Positions 17,038-27,192 of a DNA stretch of 64,000 nucleotides are shown here, piece by piece. The stretch lies in contig JBBFKX010000002.1 in NCBI GenBank assembly GCA_037481815.1, positions 169,663 to 233,662 on the forward strand. The letters run 5' to 3'. Source of the DNA: a candidate division WOR-3 bacterium. Its GTDB lineage: Bacteria; Hydrothermota; 32-111. The notes under the pieces were generated by a model. It was not told the DNA's origin, did no database searches, and saw only the letters and a list, made by a program, of their open reading frames with translations. The first letter of the stretch is position 1. Each line of letters starts with the position of its first letter. The position numbers and the translations under genes were made by a program.

Positions 17038-18036
17038 TCAATCCCTGTTTTTTCTCTGTGCTTTTATATGTTCGTTGTAAGTTTTTGTAAAAGTATGTGT
17101 GCCATCCCCGTTAGATACATAAAAAAGAAAATCATGTTTTGATGGATTTAAAGCAGCATCAACGGATACACTTCCAGGTGAACATATCGGTGTTGGTGGA
17201 AGTCCTGCATTTTTATAAGTGTTGTAAGGAGAGTTCACTTCAAGATCCTTATATGAGAGTTTTCCTCCATCTTTTCCAAGAGCATAAAAGACGGTTGCAC
17301 AACATTGTAGATTCATACCTTTTTTCAATCTGTTATAGTAAACTCCAGATATGAGATACTTTTCCTGATCAACTTTTGCTTCCTTCTCTATTATGGAAGC
17401 AAAAATTATATATTCATACCTTGTAAATGAAAACTCATTTGTTTTGAATAAAGACTCTGGATACTTTTCTTCAAAAAGTTCCAACATTTTTAAAACCATC
17501 TCTCTTGCTCCCATATCCTCAGTGAAATAGTATGTTTCCGGTAGAAGAAATCCCTCACAATTTTTTCCCTTTATGTTATACTTTTTCAAAATCTCTTTCG
17601 AAAAACATGTTGAAAAAAATTCTGTTGAATCTATATCAAACTCTTCATTCAGTCGTCTGTATATCTGTTTCAAAGTGAAACCTTCAGGAATAACAACTTT
17701 TTTCTGTAAAACTTTTCCTCTATAAATTTTGTAAAAAGCATCATATTCATTTTGTTTTTTTTCAAGCAGGTAAATCCCCGCCTTCATCTTTCTATCAGCA
17801 TTGTACACTTTTACAAAAAACCTGAAAAGATTGGGATTATTTATTATCGAACTATCAACAAGAATTTTTTCTATCTCCTTTAAACTCATTCCATTTTTTA
17901 TTTCAACTCTGATATACTCTTTAGGTGTGTTCTCTTTTTCAGTTGAAAAACTTCGATAGTTGAGTTTTATAAAAATGATCGAAATCAGTAATAAAAGTAA
18001 AAAACCGAAATATTTATTTTTCTCTTTCAAATTCAA
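17038..18036 (-). CDS. mltG: Endolytic murein transglycosylase MltG (YceG family)
   Basis: 332 aa with an N-terminal TM segment. C-terminal YceG motifs: LQCCATVFYALG, NSPYNTYKNAGLPPTPICSPG. Confidence 0.85.
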   Translation of the reverse strand: MNLKEKNKYFGFLLLLLISIIFIKLNYRSFSTEKENTPKEYIRVEIKNGMSLKEIEKILVDSSIINNPNLFRFFVKVYNADRKMKAGIYLLEKKQNEYDAFYKIYRGKVLQKKVVIPEGFTLKQIYRRLNEEFDIDSTEFFSTCFSKEILKKYNIKGKNCEGFLLPETYYFTEDMGAREMVLKMLELFEEKYPESLFKTNEFSFTRYEYIIFASIIEKEAKVDQEKYLISGVYYNRLKKGMNLQCCATVFYALGKDGGKLSYKDLEVNSPYNTYKNAGLPPTPICSPGSVSVDAALNPSKHDFLFYVSNGDGTHTFTKTYNEHIKAQRKNRD

Positions 18037-18412
18037 GATACTCCTTCATAATTATCATCGCGGATACAGAATCTACGATCTGTTTTTTTTTATCTTTTAA
18101 ACCACTCTCATTAATGAACCTTTCAGATTCTTTTGTAGTTAACCTTTCGTTAAAAAATATTTTTTCGATACCATCAATGTCGATACTGTTGATTAAATTT
18201 TTTATCCATAAAGACATTTCGTTATCGTTATCATTCTTATCAAGGGGAACGCCGATTATTATTTTCTCTATACAATAGTCCTTTAAATATTTTTTCAAAA
18301 CTTTTTCAAGTTCATCGGTTTTCACAGGTTTCTGTGGTAAAAGTATCCCATCGATAGAAAGACATAGGCCTGTTCTTTTTTTCCCAACATCAACCGATAA
18401 AAGGTTTGACAT
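18014..18412 (-). CDS. ruvX: Putative pre-16S rRNA nuclease / Holliday-junction-resolvase-like YqgF (RuvX)
   Basis: 132 aa. LSVDVGKKRTGLCLS..IIIGVPLDKNDN is the YqgF/RNase H-like pattern. Overlaps mltG by 23 nt. Confidence 0.75.
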   Translation of the reverse strand: MSNLLSVDVGKKRTGLCLSIDGILLPQKPVKTDELEKVLKKYLKDYCIEKIIIGVPLDKNDNDNEMSLWIKNLINSIDIDGIEKIFFNERLTTKESERFINESGLKDKKKQIVDSVSAMIIMKEYLEFEREK

Positions 18413-19436
18413 ACTCTTCTATGATTCCATCTATCAATTTTAAAATTTCAAATCTTGAAAACATTTTTGCTTTTCTGTTTCCGAAAACAGAAAACTCAAA
18501 AAGATTTTCCCTTTTTTCGAAAAGTTCATTCAAACCTTTCAAAAGATCATTTAGATTAAAATCAACAATAACTGCACTACCTTTAAAATTTTTTTCTATA
18601 TCGAAACTGCTTGTAGTTAAAACAACACATTTTGAAGCCATCGCTTCAAGTATTGTCCTTCCCTGTTGTTCTTTCCATGAATTTGTATCTTTTGAAAGGT
18701 TGATAAAAATATCAACATCTTTATAAAAGTTATGCATATCCTTATGCTCAACAAATCCCAAAAACTGGTAATCGATTTTCGAACTTTTCAAAAAATCAAG
18801 AAGCAATTTTTCTTCTTTCCCTTTACCAGCAATCTTTATACTATAATTCTGCTTGAGATTCTTCAAAATCTCAACAAGAAGCTTAACACCTTTATTCTCT
18901 TCCAATCTCCCTGCAAAACCAAGAGTCAATTTTTCTTTCGAGAAATTTTTATCTTCACTTAAAAAGAATTCATCAGGTATATGTAATGGGACAATTTTTG
19001 TTTCTTTTCTAAAAATCTCTTCGAGAACCTGTTTTGAACCTTCGCCAACTCCAATAAAAAGATCGACCCTGTTCTTAACAAAATTGTAGAGAGTGTCTCT
19101 AAAAATATCCTTTTTTAAGATGTTTTGTGCACCTCTTAAAATTGATCTTTTATATTTCAAATTTTTCAAGAGAAAGTAGGTTTGTGGAAGATATGGTTCT
19201 TCATCTATCCACAAAAGATCATAGAATTCTTTATCATTTATGATCGGAATATAACCATTTTTTGTAAAAGGAAACTTTATTTTTTTGAAACCATTTTCGT
19301 CAAAATACTTTTCCCCAAATTCCCCTGTCCATGATTCTGGATATATTATTTTCACATCATATTCTTCCATAAGCATCTGAAAAACTTCTCTGTTTTGAGG
19401 ATTAACATGCATATGTCCAACAACCAAAATCTTCAT
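18390..19436 (-). CDS. Glycosyltransferase family 1 (GT4-like, GT-B fold)
   Basis: 348 aa. C-terminal E-x7-E-like region QQGRTILEAMASKCVVLTTSS, and GxGxxE-like AGKGKEEKLL. Confidence 0.7.
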   Translation of the reverse strand: MKILVVGHMHVNPQNREVFQMLMEEYDVKIIYPESWTGEFGEKYFDENGFKKIKFPFTKNGYIPIINDKEFYDLLWIDEEPYLPQTYFLLKNLKYKRSILRGAQNILKKDIFRDTLYNFVKNRVDLFIGVGEGSKQVLEEIFRKETKIVPLHIPDEFFLSEDKNFSKEKLTLGFAGRLEENKGVKLLVEILKNLKQNYSIKIAGKGKEEKLLLDFLKSSKIDYQFLGFVEHKDMHNFYKDVDIFINLSKDTNSWKEQQGRTILEAMASKCVVLTTSSFDIEKNFKGSAVIVDFNLNDLLKGLNELFEKRENLFEFSVFGNRKAKMFSRFEILKLIDGIIEEYVKPFIG

Positions 19437-19439
19437 AGA

Positions 19440-20159
19440 TCACCTCAAAATCTTTACATCTCCTGCAAGAAAACTTTTTTTTCCTGAAGATGTTTCCAAA
19501 ACTATGGAACCATCTTCTTCAAATTTTATAACTTTACCCTCAAAAATCTGTTCAGAAGAGGTTATCCTCACTCTTTTCCCAATCATACCACTTTCGTTTA
19601 AAAATTTTGAAATCTCCTGGTAACCTTTTACCTGAAAGATGTTCATCAAAACCGAAAACAGAAGATCTTCAAGTTTTCTTTTCTTTCCAGTTTGTAGATA
19701 AATTGAAGTTGCTATCTGTTCAAGATTTTGTGGAAAACGATCATTGTTAACATTGATTCCTATACCTGCAACGATAATGTTGTCAAAATATTCAAGAAGT
19801 ATTCCGGAGATTTTTCTATCCTTCACCAGAATATCGTTCGGCCATCTATAGGTTAAATCTTCTATCTCATTTTTTAGATTGTTGTAAACACCCATACAAC
19901 AAACGATTGAAAAAAATTGTGAAGGATATGCTAACCTTTTTGAATCATATGAAAAAGTGAAATAGAGTCCACCCTCTTCTGACTCCCATTTTCTGTTGAA
20001 CCTTCCATAACCTTTTGTTTGTCTTTTAGCCACGATCAAAAAATTTTTTTTACCTGATTTTAAAAGTTCTATCGCTTGTAGATTTGTTGAATCAACACTA
20101 TCAAAATAAATATAATCATCAAAATCAAATTTTTCTTTTATTCTCAAAAAGTCAAACAT
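19440..20159 (-). CDS. birA: Biotin--[acetyl-CoA-carboxylase] ligase, group I (no HTH domain)
   Basis: 239 aa. LIVAKRQTKGYGRFNRKWESEEGGLYFTFSY matches the BirA catalytic GRGRxGRxW motif region. Confidence 0.85.
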   Translation of the reverse strand: MFDFLRIKEKFDFDDYIYFDSVDSTNLQAIELLKSGKKNFLIVAKRQTKGYGRFNRKWESEEGGLYFTFSYDSKRLAYPSQFFSIVCCMGVYNNLKNEIEDLTYRWPNDILVKDRKISGILLEYFDNIIVAGIGINVNNDRFPQNLEQIATSIYLQTGKKRKLEDLLFSVLMNIFQVKGYQEISKFLNESGMIGKRVRITSSEQIFEGKVIKFEEDGSIVLETSSGKKSFLAGDVKILR

Positions 20160-21003
20160 TTTCCACCTTCATACTCATATCAAGAGCTTTTGCTGAATGT
20201 GTTATTTTACCTATCGAGATAAAATCTGGATATTTCTGGGCATAACTTTCTATATTTTTTTCGTCGATGTTTCCAGACACTTCAATCTCACATCTTCTAT
20301 TTATGATTTTTATTGATTTTTCAATTTCTTCAGGTGTCATGTTGTCAAGAAGGATTCTATCAACTGGATAGTTTAAAACCTTTTCAATCTCTTCAATATT
20401 TTTTACTTCAACTATGATCTTTTTATCCGGGTATTTATTTTTCATTCTCTGTGTTACCGTGAAATCATCTTTCAAAAAAGAAATATGATTATCCTTAATC
20501 ATTATCTGATCATAAAGATCAAACCTATGGTTAACTCCACCACCACATAAAACAGCGTACTTTTCAAGTGCTCTCAGGCCAGGTATAGTTTTTCTCGTAT
20601 CAAGAATTTTAACATTATATTTTTCTACAAGTTTTACAAATTTATTTGTGTATGTTGCAACACCTGAAAGATGTTGTACAAAATTAAGTATCGTTCTTTC
20701 AGAAGAGAGTATTCCTCTTAATTTTCCTTTAACTTTTGCAAGTTTTTCACCTTTTTTTATAAAATTTCCATCTTCTGAGAAATACTCTACAACATAGACA
20801 CCAAAATTTTGAAGAACGATTTCCGTAATCTGTATGCCTGAAAGAATACCATTTTCTTTTGCTATTAGGTTTGCAACACCTTCACTTTCTTCAGGTACAC
20901 ACATCTGTGTTGTTATATCCGTGAATGCCTTGTCCTCCTTAATCGCTTCCATAACAATAGATTCGATTGTGGATCTATCGACAATTTTAAAAATGTTCAC
21001 ACA
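20152..21003 (-). CDS. nadC: Nicotinate-nucleotide pyrophosphorylase (quinolinate phosphoribosyltransferase)
   Basis: The ORF track extends this to 21087 (311 aa). A GTG at about 21001-21003, preceded by AAAAGGGGG, gives a typical ~283-aa NadC and cuts the overlap with the upstream gene from 100 to 17 nt. Motifs: ERTILNFVQHLSGVAT, ILDTRKTIPGLRALEKYAVLCGGGVNHR. Confidence 0.85.
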   Translation of the reverse strand, partial: CVNIFKIVDRSTIESIVMEAIKEDKAFTDITTQMCVPEESEGVANLIAKENGILSGIQITEIVLQNFGVYVVEYFSEDGNFIKKGEKLAKVKGKLRGILSSERTILNFVQHLSGVATYTNKFVKLVEKYNVKILDTRKTIPGLRALEKYAVLCGGGVNHRFDLYDQIMIKDNHISFLKDDFTVTQRMKNKYPDKKIIVEVKNIEEIEKVLNYPVDRILLDNMTPEEIEKSIKIINRRCEIEVSGNIDEKNIESYAQKYPDFISIGKITHSAKALDMSMKVENV

Positions 21004-21679
21004 ACACCCCCTTTTCGTCAATCTTAAGATAACTTCCCTTCTTTTTGAAATCTGCCAAAGAATAGATTTTATGATCCTCTGAAACAAAATCTATATGGTA
21101 ATGTGCGACTATAATTTTTTTAAAATCTTTACCAAAATTCTCTCTTACCTTTTTTTCTATCGATTTGACATTTTTTTCCTCTTCCATGACCCTCATATTG
21201 CAAAGGTCTGACACAAAAATACCTAAAATGTATCCCAAACTCTCAGGTAACAGAGAAAACAGAAATCTATCAAAATTGTTCTTTAAAATAGAATATAAAA
21301 TTTTTTTTACAAATCCATCGTTTATGAAAATATGACCATGAGTTAAAAAGATTTTTTGGTCACCATTTTCTATACAGATCTGGTCAACAACCTCTTTACA
21401 ACCTGTATAACTTTTCAACATTTTTCCCATATACATGTCATGGTTTCCTCTTACAAGATATACATCGTATTCTTTTGAAATCTCTTTCAAAAAATTCAAA
21501 AGATTCAAATTTTCTCTCTTATAAAATTTATTTTTGAACTCAAAAAAAAAGTCAAATGTATCTCCAAGGAATATAACATCTTTGAAATTATCTCTCTTCA
21601 AAACTTCCTTTATCATGTCAAAAAGATGATCATCACCCTTTCTATAATGAAGATCAGCAAACACCACTTTTTTGGTCAT
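20987..21679 (-). CDS. Calcineurin-like metallophosphoesterase (LpxH/YbbF-like)
   Basis: 230 aa. Motifs FADLHY..GDD...LGDTFDFFFE...VRGNHDMY. Confidence 0.6.
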   Translation of the reverse strand: MTKKVVFADLHYRKGDDHLFDMIKEVLKRDNFKDVIFLGDTFDFFFEFKNKFYKRENLNLLNFLKEISKEYDVYLVRGNHDMYMGKMLKSYTGCKEVVDQICIENGDQKIFLTHGHIFINDGFVKKILYSILKNNFDRFLFSLLPESLGYILGIFVSDLCNMRVMEEEKNVKSIEKKVRENFGKDFKKIIVAHYHIDFVSEDHKIYSLADFKKKGSYLKIDEKGVLCEHF

Positions 21680-22562
21680 AACTTTCGAATATCCATTTTA
21701 AACTCTCTTCAATTGAGTATCTATTCTTATAACCAGTCAAACTTTTAAAAAGTTCACAACTTCCAAAAAATTCTTCAGGTTCATTTTTTCTTAAAAGGGA
21801 ATCATCGACCTGAAAATGAATCTTTTTTCCTGATATTTTTACAATGTATTCGGCGATATCTCTTAACAGAAAACTTTTTCCTGAACAGATATTATAAACA
21901 CCTTTTTCAAGATCCATTGCAAGAGAGTAAGCATAAACCATATCTCTCACATCTGTAAAATCTCTTTTCAAATCAAGATTTCCAACTTTTACGATTCCAT
22001 CATTCGATTCAATTATCTTTTTTATTAAAGATGGAATAAAAAAATTCTCATTCTGTCCAACACCTATATGGTTGAACGCTCTTATGATAACATAATCGAG
22101 TCCAAACTTATCGTAACTTTTTATCATCTCTTCACATATCTTCTTTGAAATCGAATAGGGGTTCTGAGGGTTCAGTGGATGTTTTTCATCTATCGGTAAA
22201 TATTCAGGTATTCCATAAACATCTGAAGTTGAAACGAATAAAAATTTTGTTTTTCTTCTATTCACCCTTAAAGATTCTATTATGTTTAAAGTTGAATTGA
22301 TGTTTACAAAATATGTAAGATAAGGATCATTTAAAGAAACTTTTGTTGACGACTGACCAGCGAGATGAAAGATGTAATCATACTCATTTTTTTCAAAAAA
22401 TTCGAGTACTCTTTTTTTATCTGTTAAATCGAGTTTATATGATGTGTATTCTAAAAATTTGTCAACAAAGTATGTCCCCTCAACAATATATTTATCTTTT
22501 AACACTTCATAAAGATATGAGGCAACAAACCCTTCAGCACCTGTTATTAGAACTTTTTTCAT
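21654..22562 (-). CDS. NAD-dependent epimerase/dehydratase (SDR family)
   Basis: 302 aa. N-terminal Rossmann motif ITGAEGFVASYL and a YxxxK region (YSISKKICE). Confidence 0.8.
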   Translation of the reverse strand: MKKVLITGAEGFVASYLYEVLKDKYIVEGTYFVDKFLEYTSYKLDLTDKKRVLEFFEKNEYDYIFHLAGQSSTKVSLNDPYLTYFVNINSTLNIIESLRVNRRKTKFLFVSTSDVYGIPEYLPIDEKHPLNPQNPYSISKKICEEMIKSYDKFGLDYVIIRAFNHIGVGQNENFFIPSLIKKIIESNDGIVKVGNLDLKRDFTDVRDMVYAYSLAMDLEKGVYNICSGKSFLLRDIAEYIVKISGKKIHFQVDDSLLRKNEPEEFFGSCELFKSLTGYKNRYSIEESLKWIFESYDQKSGVC

Positions 22563-23290
22563 AATCCCTCTTTCAGTCGATCTGCAAGTATCTTTGGTAA
22601 TCTTTCTTCATTTATCTTTCTCATAGCGCTCTCTATATCATATTCAACCCTATGGAAGTTGATTACCATCTCATCTTTATCAAAAACAACAAAAGATGCT
22701 CTATTATCTCCATCCCTTGGTTGTCCAACAGATCCTACATTTATTATGTATCTTGAATTATCTTCAATTTTTATCGTTTCATTTTGAACCATTTTAACAT
22801 CGCCAAAGATCTTTTTGTAAACAACAGGTATATGTGTGTGTCCTATAAAAAGTATTTTAAACTTCTCATAGTAAAACTCGTCATCAGCCTCATAGATTGA
22901 AGTTATATAGTTCCAGTATGAAGGATTCTGTAAATTAGAATGAGAGAATTTCAAATCAGTTAAAGACAGAGTGTATTCAAGTTTTTTTATTCTTTCTAAA
23001 TGATCTTTTCTTATTACTTTTTTCGTCCAGAGAATAGATTCCTTTGCAGAATAGTTAAAAAATCTGATGTTCGTTTTTCCTATAACACCACATTCATGGT
23101 TTCCCAGCAAAACTTTATCCGTGAGTGAAAATATTTTTTCCAAACATTCGTTTGGTTGTGCACCATAACCTATAACATCTCCAAGACAGATAACTTCTGG
23201 AAAAGGATGATAATTTTTTTCTACAAAATCGATAACCGATTTTAGAGCATCATAGTTTGAATGTATATCAGAAAAAATCAAAAACTTCAT
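22559..23290 (-). CDS. Metallophosphoesterase (calcineurin-like)
   Basis: 243 aa. FSDIHSNYDAL...LGDVIGYGAQP...LGNHE...GHTHIP motifs. Confidence 0.7.
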   Translation of the reverse strand: MKFLIFSDIHSNYDALKSVIDFVEKNYHPFPEVICLGDVIGYGAQPNECLEKIFSLTDKVLLGNHECGVIGKTNIRFFNYSAKESILWTKKVIRKDHLERIKKLEYTLSLTDLKFSHSNLQNPSYWNYITSIYEADDEFYYEKFKILFIGHTHIPVVYKKIFGDVKMVQNETIKIEDNSRYIINVGSVGQPRDGDNRASFVVFDKDEMVINFHRVEYDIESAMRKINEERLPKILADRLKEGL

Positions 23291-23718
23291 TTAAATTCTG
23301 GTAAATATTTTTCTTTGTTCTTTAAAATTTTATCAAGTATGCCGTTGACGAATCCCCCAGAATCTGAAGTTGAATATAGTTTTGCTATCTCTATCGCTTC
23401 ATCTATCGCAACTATATCAGGAACATTATCCTGAAGGAAAATTTCAACGAGGGCAATCCGTAGAATATTTTTATCGATTACAGCCATTCTGTGTATCGAC
23501 CAATTTTTTGTAACACCATCGATCAACTCGTTTAACTTATCAAAAAAGAGTGTCACCTTTTTAATGATGTTTAAACTATAATCTTTTACATCATCAGATA
23601 AATTATCCTCAAGTCTGAAAACTTCATCTATGATATTTTCAAGGTTAGAGAACTCGTTTATCTCGTAGATGTATAAAACTTTTAAAGCGAGAATTCTTGC
23701 TTTTCTTCTTTTACCCAC
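23287..23718 (-). CDS. nusB: Transcription antitermination factor NusB
   Basis: 143 aa. KRRKARILALKVLYIYEI..., an all-helical NusB pattern. Directly downstream of the rib operon, a conserved rib-nusB linkage. Confidence 0.85.
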   Translation of the reverse strand: MGKRRKARILALKVLYIYEINEFSNLENIIDEVFRLEDNLSDDVKDYSLNIIKKVTLFFDKLNELIDGVTKNWSIHRMAVIDKNILRIALVEIFLQDNVPDIVAIDEAIEIAKLYSTSDSGGFVNGILDKILKNKEKYLPEFK

Positions 23719-23720
23719 AC

Positions 23721-24185
23721 TCAGATCCTTTTGTAGAGGTTTGCAAGTTCCAGAACAGTTTCAGCAGCATCATAACCTTTGTTTCCTGATTTGGTGCCAG
23801 CTCTTTCTATTGCCTGATCTGTAGAATCTGCTGTAATTATACCAAAAGAGATAGGAATATCAACATCAAGATTCAATTTTGCTATACCTTTTGAAACCTC
23901 TGCTGCTATATAATCAAAATGGGGAGTTTCACCTCTTATAACAGTACCAAGACATATCACTCCATTTAGATCTTTATTCTTTTTGATAACCATTTTGGTA
24001 ACCTGTGGAATTTCAAAAGCACCTGGTGCCATATAAATTTTTATATCCTTTTCATCAACATTGTGTCTTAAAAGACAATCAACAGCTCCATCGATCAAAT
24101 TTTTTGAAATAAAATTGTTGAACCTTGAACACACTATCGCGAACCTCATCCCCTTTCCATCAAGTTTTCCTTCAAACTTTTCCAT
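23721..24185 (-). CDS. ribH: 6,7-dimethyl-8-ribityllumazine synthase
   Basis: 154 aa. GMRFAIVCSRFNNFISKNLIDGA...ICLGTVIRGETPHFDYIA lumazine synthase signature. Confidence 0.9.
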   Translation of the reverse strand: MEKFEGKLDGKGMRFAIVCSRFNNFISKNLIDGAVDCLLRHNVDEKDIKIYMAPGAFEIPQVTKMVIKKNKDLNGVICLGTVIRGETPHFDYIAAEVSKGIAKLNLDVDIPISFGIITADSTDQAIERAGTKSGNKGYDAAETVLELANLYKRI

Positions 24186-24193
24186 AAAACCTC

Positions 24194-25393
24194 CTATATA
24201 TTTTTTAACAGATGTCCAAGTTTTTTCTTTTTCGTTAAAAGATATTCAAAATTGTTCTCATTCGGTTGTATCTCAATTGGAACCCTTTCGACTATTTTGA
24301 TCCCATAACCTTCAAGTCCAATTATCTTTTTTGGATTGTTTGTTAATAATCTTATCGTTGTAAGTCCAAGATCTTTTAAAATCTGTGCACCTATTCCATA
24401 ATCTCTAAGATCAGCGGGAAATCCAAGTTTTATATTCGCTTCAACAGTGTCATACCCCTTCTCCTGAAGATGGTACGCTTTGATTTTGTTTACAAGTCCA
24501 ATACCTCTTCCCTCCTGTCTTAGATAGAGTAAAACACCCTCTTTCTCTTTTTCAATCATTTCAAGTGAACTCTCAAGTTGTTTCCCACAATCACATTTCT
24601 GAGAATGAAATATATCTCCGGTGAAACATTCAGAGTGAACTCTCACAAGAACATTTTTTTTACCTTTAACATTCCCTTTTATCAAAGCAACATGTATATG
24701 GTTATCGACATCGTTTGAATAGAGCACTATTTTAAATTTTCCAAAATCTGTCGGCAGTTTCGCCTCCACCTCTTTATGAACAAGTTTATCAGTTTTACAC
24801 CTGTAAGAGATAAGGTCCTTTATCGTTATAATCTTCATCTTAAACTTTTTTGCAATTTTTAACAGTTTAGGTAACCTCGCCATCTTCCCATCATCATCCA
24901 TAATCTCACATAGAACACCTGCAGGTTTAAGTCCCGCCATCCTTGCAAGATCTGATACTGCCTCAGTATGCCCTGCTCTTTTCAAAACACCACCTTTTTC
25001 AGCTTTTAGTGGAAACACATGCCCGGGTTTTGCAAAATCTTCTGGCTTTGAATTATCATCTATCAGAAGTTTTATCGTGTGCGCTCTATCGTATGCTGAT
25101 ATTCCTGTATCAATGCCTTCTTTCGCATCAACAGAAACTGTAAACTTTGTTCCATGAAGAGCAGTATTGTTTTCACACATAAGACGCAATCCCAATCTTG
25201 ATAGCATCTCGTCAGTCATTGAAACACATATGAGTCCTCTTCCCTCTTTAGCCATAAAATTGATCTTCTCTGGTGTTACAAGTTCAGCGGCCATGATAAA
25301 ATCACCTTCATTTTCTCTATCCTCATCATCAACGACTATTACTATTTTACCATTTCTGATATCATCAATTGCATCTTCAATCCTGCTAAACAT
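24194..25393 (-). CDS. ribBA: Bifunctional 3,4-dihydroxy-2-butanone-4-phosphate synthase / GTP cyclohydrolase II
   Basis: 399 aa. DHBP synthase N-terminus ([23 protein letters not shown]) and GTP cyclohydrolase II C-terminus ([17 protein letters not shown]). Confidence 0.95.
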   Translation of the reverse strand: MFSRIEDAIDDIRNGKIVIVVDDEDRENEGDFIMAAELVTPEKINFMAKEGRGLICVSMTDEMLSRLGLRLMCENNTALHGTKFTVSVDAKEGIDTGISAYDRAHTIKLLIDDNSKPEDFAKPGHVFPLKAEKGGVLKRAGHTEAVSDLARMAGLKPAGVLCEIMDDDGKMARLPKLLKIAKKFKMKIITIKDLISYRCKTDKLVHKEVEAKLPTDFGKFKIVLYSNDVDNHIHVALIKGNVKGKKNVLVRVHSECFTGDIFHSQKCDCGKQLESSLEMIEKEKEGVLLYLRQEGRGIGLVNKIKAYHLQEKGYDTVEANIKLGFPADLRDYGIGAQILKDLGLTTIRLLTNNPKKIIGLEGYGIKIVERVPIEIQPNENNFEYLLTKKKKLGHLLKNI

Positions 25394-25991
25394 TTCTTTT
25401 CTCCTTTAAAAATTTGTAAACATCCTTTGTTATCTGATTTATTTCAACATTAACTTTATCTCCAACTTTCAAATTTTTTAAATTTGTTATCTTTATCGTT
25501 TCGGGAATGATGTTTAAAACAAAAGAGTTTTCAAAAACACTTTTTATAGTTAAACTTATTCCGTTAACAGCTATAGAATCGTTTTCAACAAGATATTTTC
25601 CATATTTGGATCCAACATCAACTTCAAACTCAATCTTGTTTTTATTCGGTCTTGTTATCCTTTTCACATAACCTGTTGTATCAACATGTCCAAGGAGAAT
25701 ATGTCCCCCAAGTTTATCCTTTAGTGTCAACGATTTTTCAAGATTGACTTCACTATTTTTTTTATAGAACCTGATGATCGTTCGTTCAGCTGATTCAAAT
25801 AAAGCATAGAACCTCAAAAAATCTTCTCCTATATGTTCAACAGTCAGACAAACTCCATCAACTGAGATCGAATCTCCAGATGTCACATCTTTTAGAAAAT
25901 CTTTTGAAACCTGAACGGTTAAAACATAATCATCAGATTTTCTTTTCAAATCATAAATTTTTCCGGTTTCTTTTATGAGTCCTGTAAACAT
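25386..25991 (-). CDS. ribE: Riboflavin synthase alpha subunit
   Basis: 201 aa starting [12 protein letters not shown], with two lumazine-binding repeats (SVDGVCLTV / AVNGISLTI). Confidence 0.9.
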   Translation of the reverse strand: MFTGLIKETGKIYDLKRKSDDYVLTVQVSKDFLKDVTSGDSISVDGVCLTVEHIGEDFLRFYALFESAERTIIRFYKKNSEVNLEKSLTLKDKLGGHILLGHVDTTGYVKRITRPNKNKIEFEVDVGSKYGKYLVENDSIAVNGISLTIKSVFENSFVLNIIPETIKITNLKNLKVGDKVNVEINQITKDVYKFLKEKRNV

Positions 25992-27043
25992 ATATACCTC
26001 TTAAAAATATCTTCTCCAATCTTTTTTTCTTCAACTTGTTTGAATTTTTTATCTTTTAAAATTTCCTCTATATTAAAATTTATACCATCTTTTAATTTTT
26101 TGAAAGATTTATAGATCCACACCTCATCAACAACATCGTTTTTTAAAGAATCAAGAAAAACACTCTTTCCACCTTCAATGATAAGGGAAATTACTTTATA
26201 CTCACACAATCTATTTTTCACAAAATCCCAACTCTCTTTTTTATTATTTACAAAGATATATTTTACATCCTTCCTGTCTTTTAAAACATTTTCAAATTTT
26301 TTTGAAACGATTATTATTTTCAACCTTTTCTTATCTTTAAAAACATTTTTTGAATAATCGAGTTTGTTACTAAAATCAAGGATAATTATTTTTGGTTTAT
26401 AATTTTTTTCAATATTCCTTGTATCAAGTAAAGGATCATCAACATTTATAGTATTTGAACCTACAAGTATACCGTCCACCTGAAACCTTCTTTGATGTAG
26501 ATCTTTTCGTGATTCAAAACATGTTATATATTTTTCAGGTAAATTTTTAGAATATATAAAACCATCACTCGATATTGCAACTTTTAAAATCGTATATGTT
26601 TTTTTACATGTTATATATTTTTGAAAGTATTTATTTAAACTTTTTACCTCTTCTTCACATACACCAACCTGAACATCGTATCCAGCGTCTCTTAAAATTT
26701 TTATCGATTTCCCATTCACAGAAGGATTTGGATCCTTCATTCCGATCACGATCCTTTTGAATGGGATCTGTTTTATAGTTTCAACACATGGAGGTGTTTT
26801 ACCCCATACTGAGCATGGCTCGAGTGTGACATATAGTGTTGAATCAGCAAGTGAAACTGGTGAAGAATTTATCGCTTCTATTTCTGCATGTGGTTTTCCC
26901 GATCCCTTATGGTAACCCTTTGAAACAATTTTTCCATCCTTAACTATTAAAGCACCAACAAGTGGATTTGGGGAAGTTTTCCCTTTTGCTTTCAGTGCTA
27001 ACTTTATAGCTTTTCTTATAAACTTTTCATCTTCTTTTAACAT
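25973..27043 (-). CDS. ribD: Bifunctional riboflavin-biosynthesis deaminase/reductase
   Basis: 356 aa. N-terminal CMP/dCMP deaminase zinc motifs (HAEIEAI..., TLEPCSVWGKTPPC) and a C-terminal RibD_C reductase domain. Confidence 0.9.
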   Translation of the reverse strand: MLKEDEKFIRKAIKLALKAKGKTSPNPLVGALIVKDGKIVSKGYHKGSGKPHAEIEAINSSPVSLADSTLYVTLEPCSVWGKTPPCVETIKQIPFKRIVIGMKDPNPSVNGKSIKILRDAGYDVQVGVCEEEVKSLNKYFQKYITCKKTYTILKVAISSDGFIYSKNLPEKYITCFESRKDLHQRRFQVDGILVGSNTINVDDPLLDTRNIEKNYKPKIIILDFSNKLDYSKNVFKDKKRLKIIIVSKKFENVLKDRKDVKYIFVNNKKESWDFVKNRLCEYKVISLIIEGGKSVFLDSLKNDVVDEVWIYKSFKKLKDGINFNIEEILKDKKFKQVEEKKIGEDIFKRYICLQDS

Positions 27044-27044
27044 A

Positions 27045-27192
27045 AAAAAACCCGATTTTACAATCGGGGCTTATAACTCCTTCTTCCATCCTGACTTTAC
27101 AGTCGGCACCGTAATTTCAACGGTTCTGCTTTCGCTCGCGGGCTTTACCGCCGATCGGGATTTTCACCCAGCCCCGAAGGAAATAGTATTAT
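27045..27192 (-). ncRNA. FMN riboswitch (RFN element) with intrinsic terminator, leader of the rib operon
   Basis: Minus strand reads CCUUCGGGGCUGGGUGAAAAUCCCGAUCGGCGGUAAAGCCCGCGAGCGAAAGCAGAACCGUUGAAAUUACGGUGCCGACUGUAAAGUCAGGAUGGAAGAAGGAG, which matches the RFN consensus (CUUCGGGGCAGGGUGAAAUUCCCGACCGGCGGUA....CCGACAGUgAAAGUCUGGAUGgGAGAAGGA). It is followed by the hairpin CCCCGAUUGUAAAAUCGGGG plus a U-run just before the ribD start. Confidence 0.85.
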
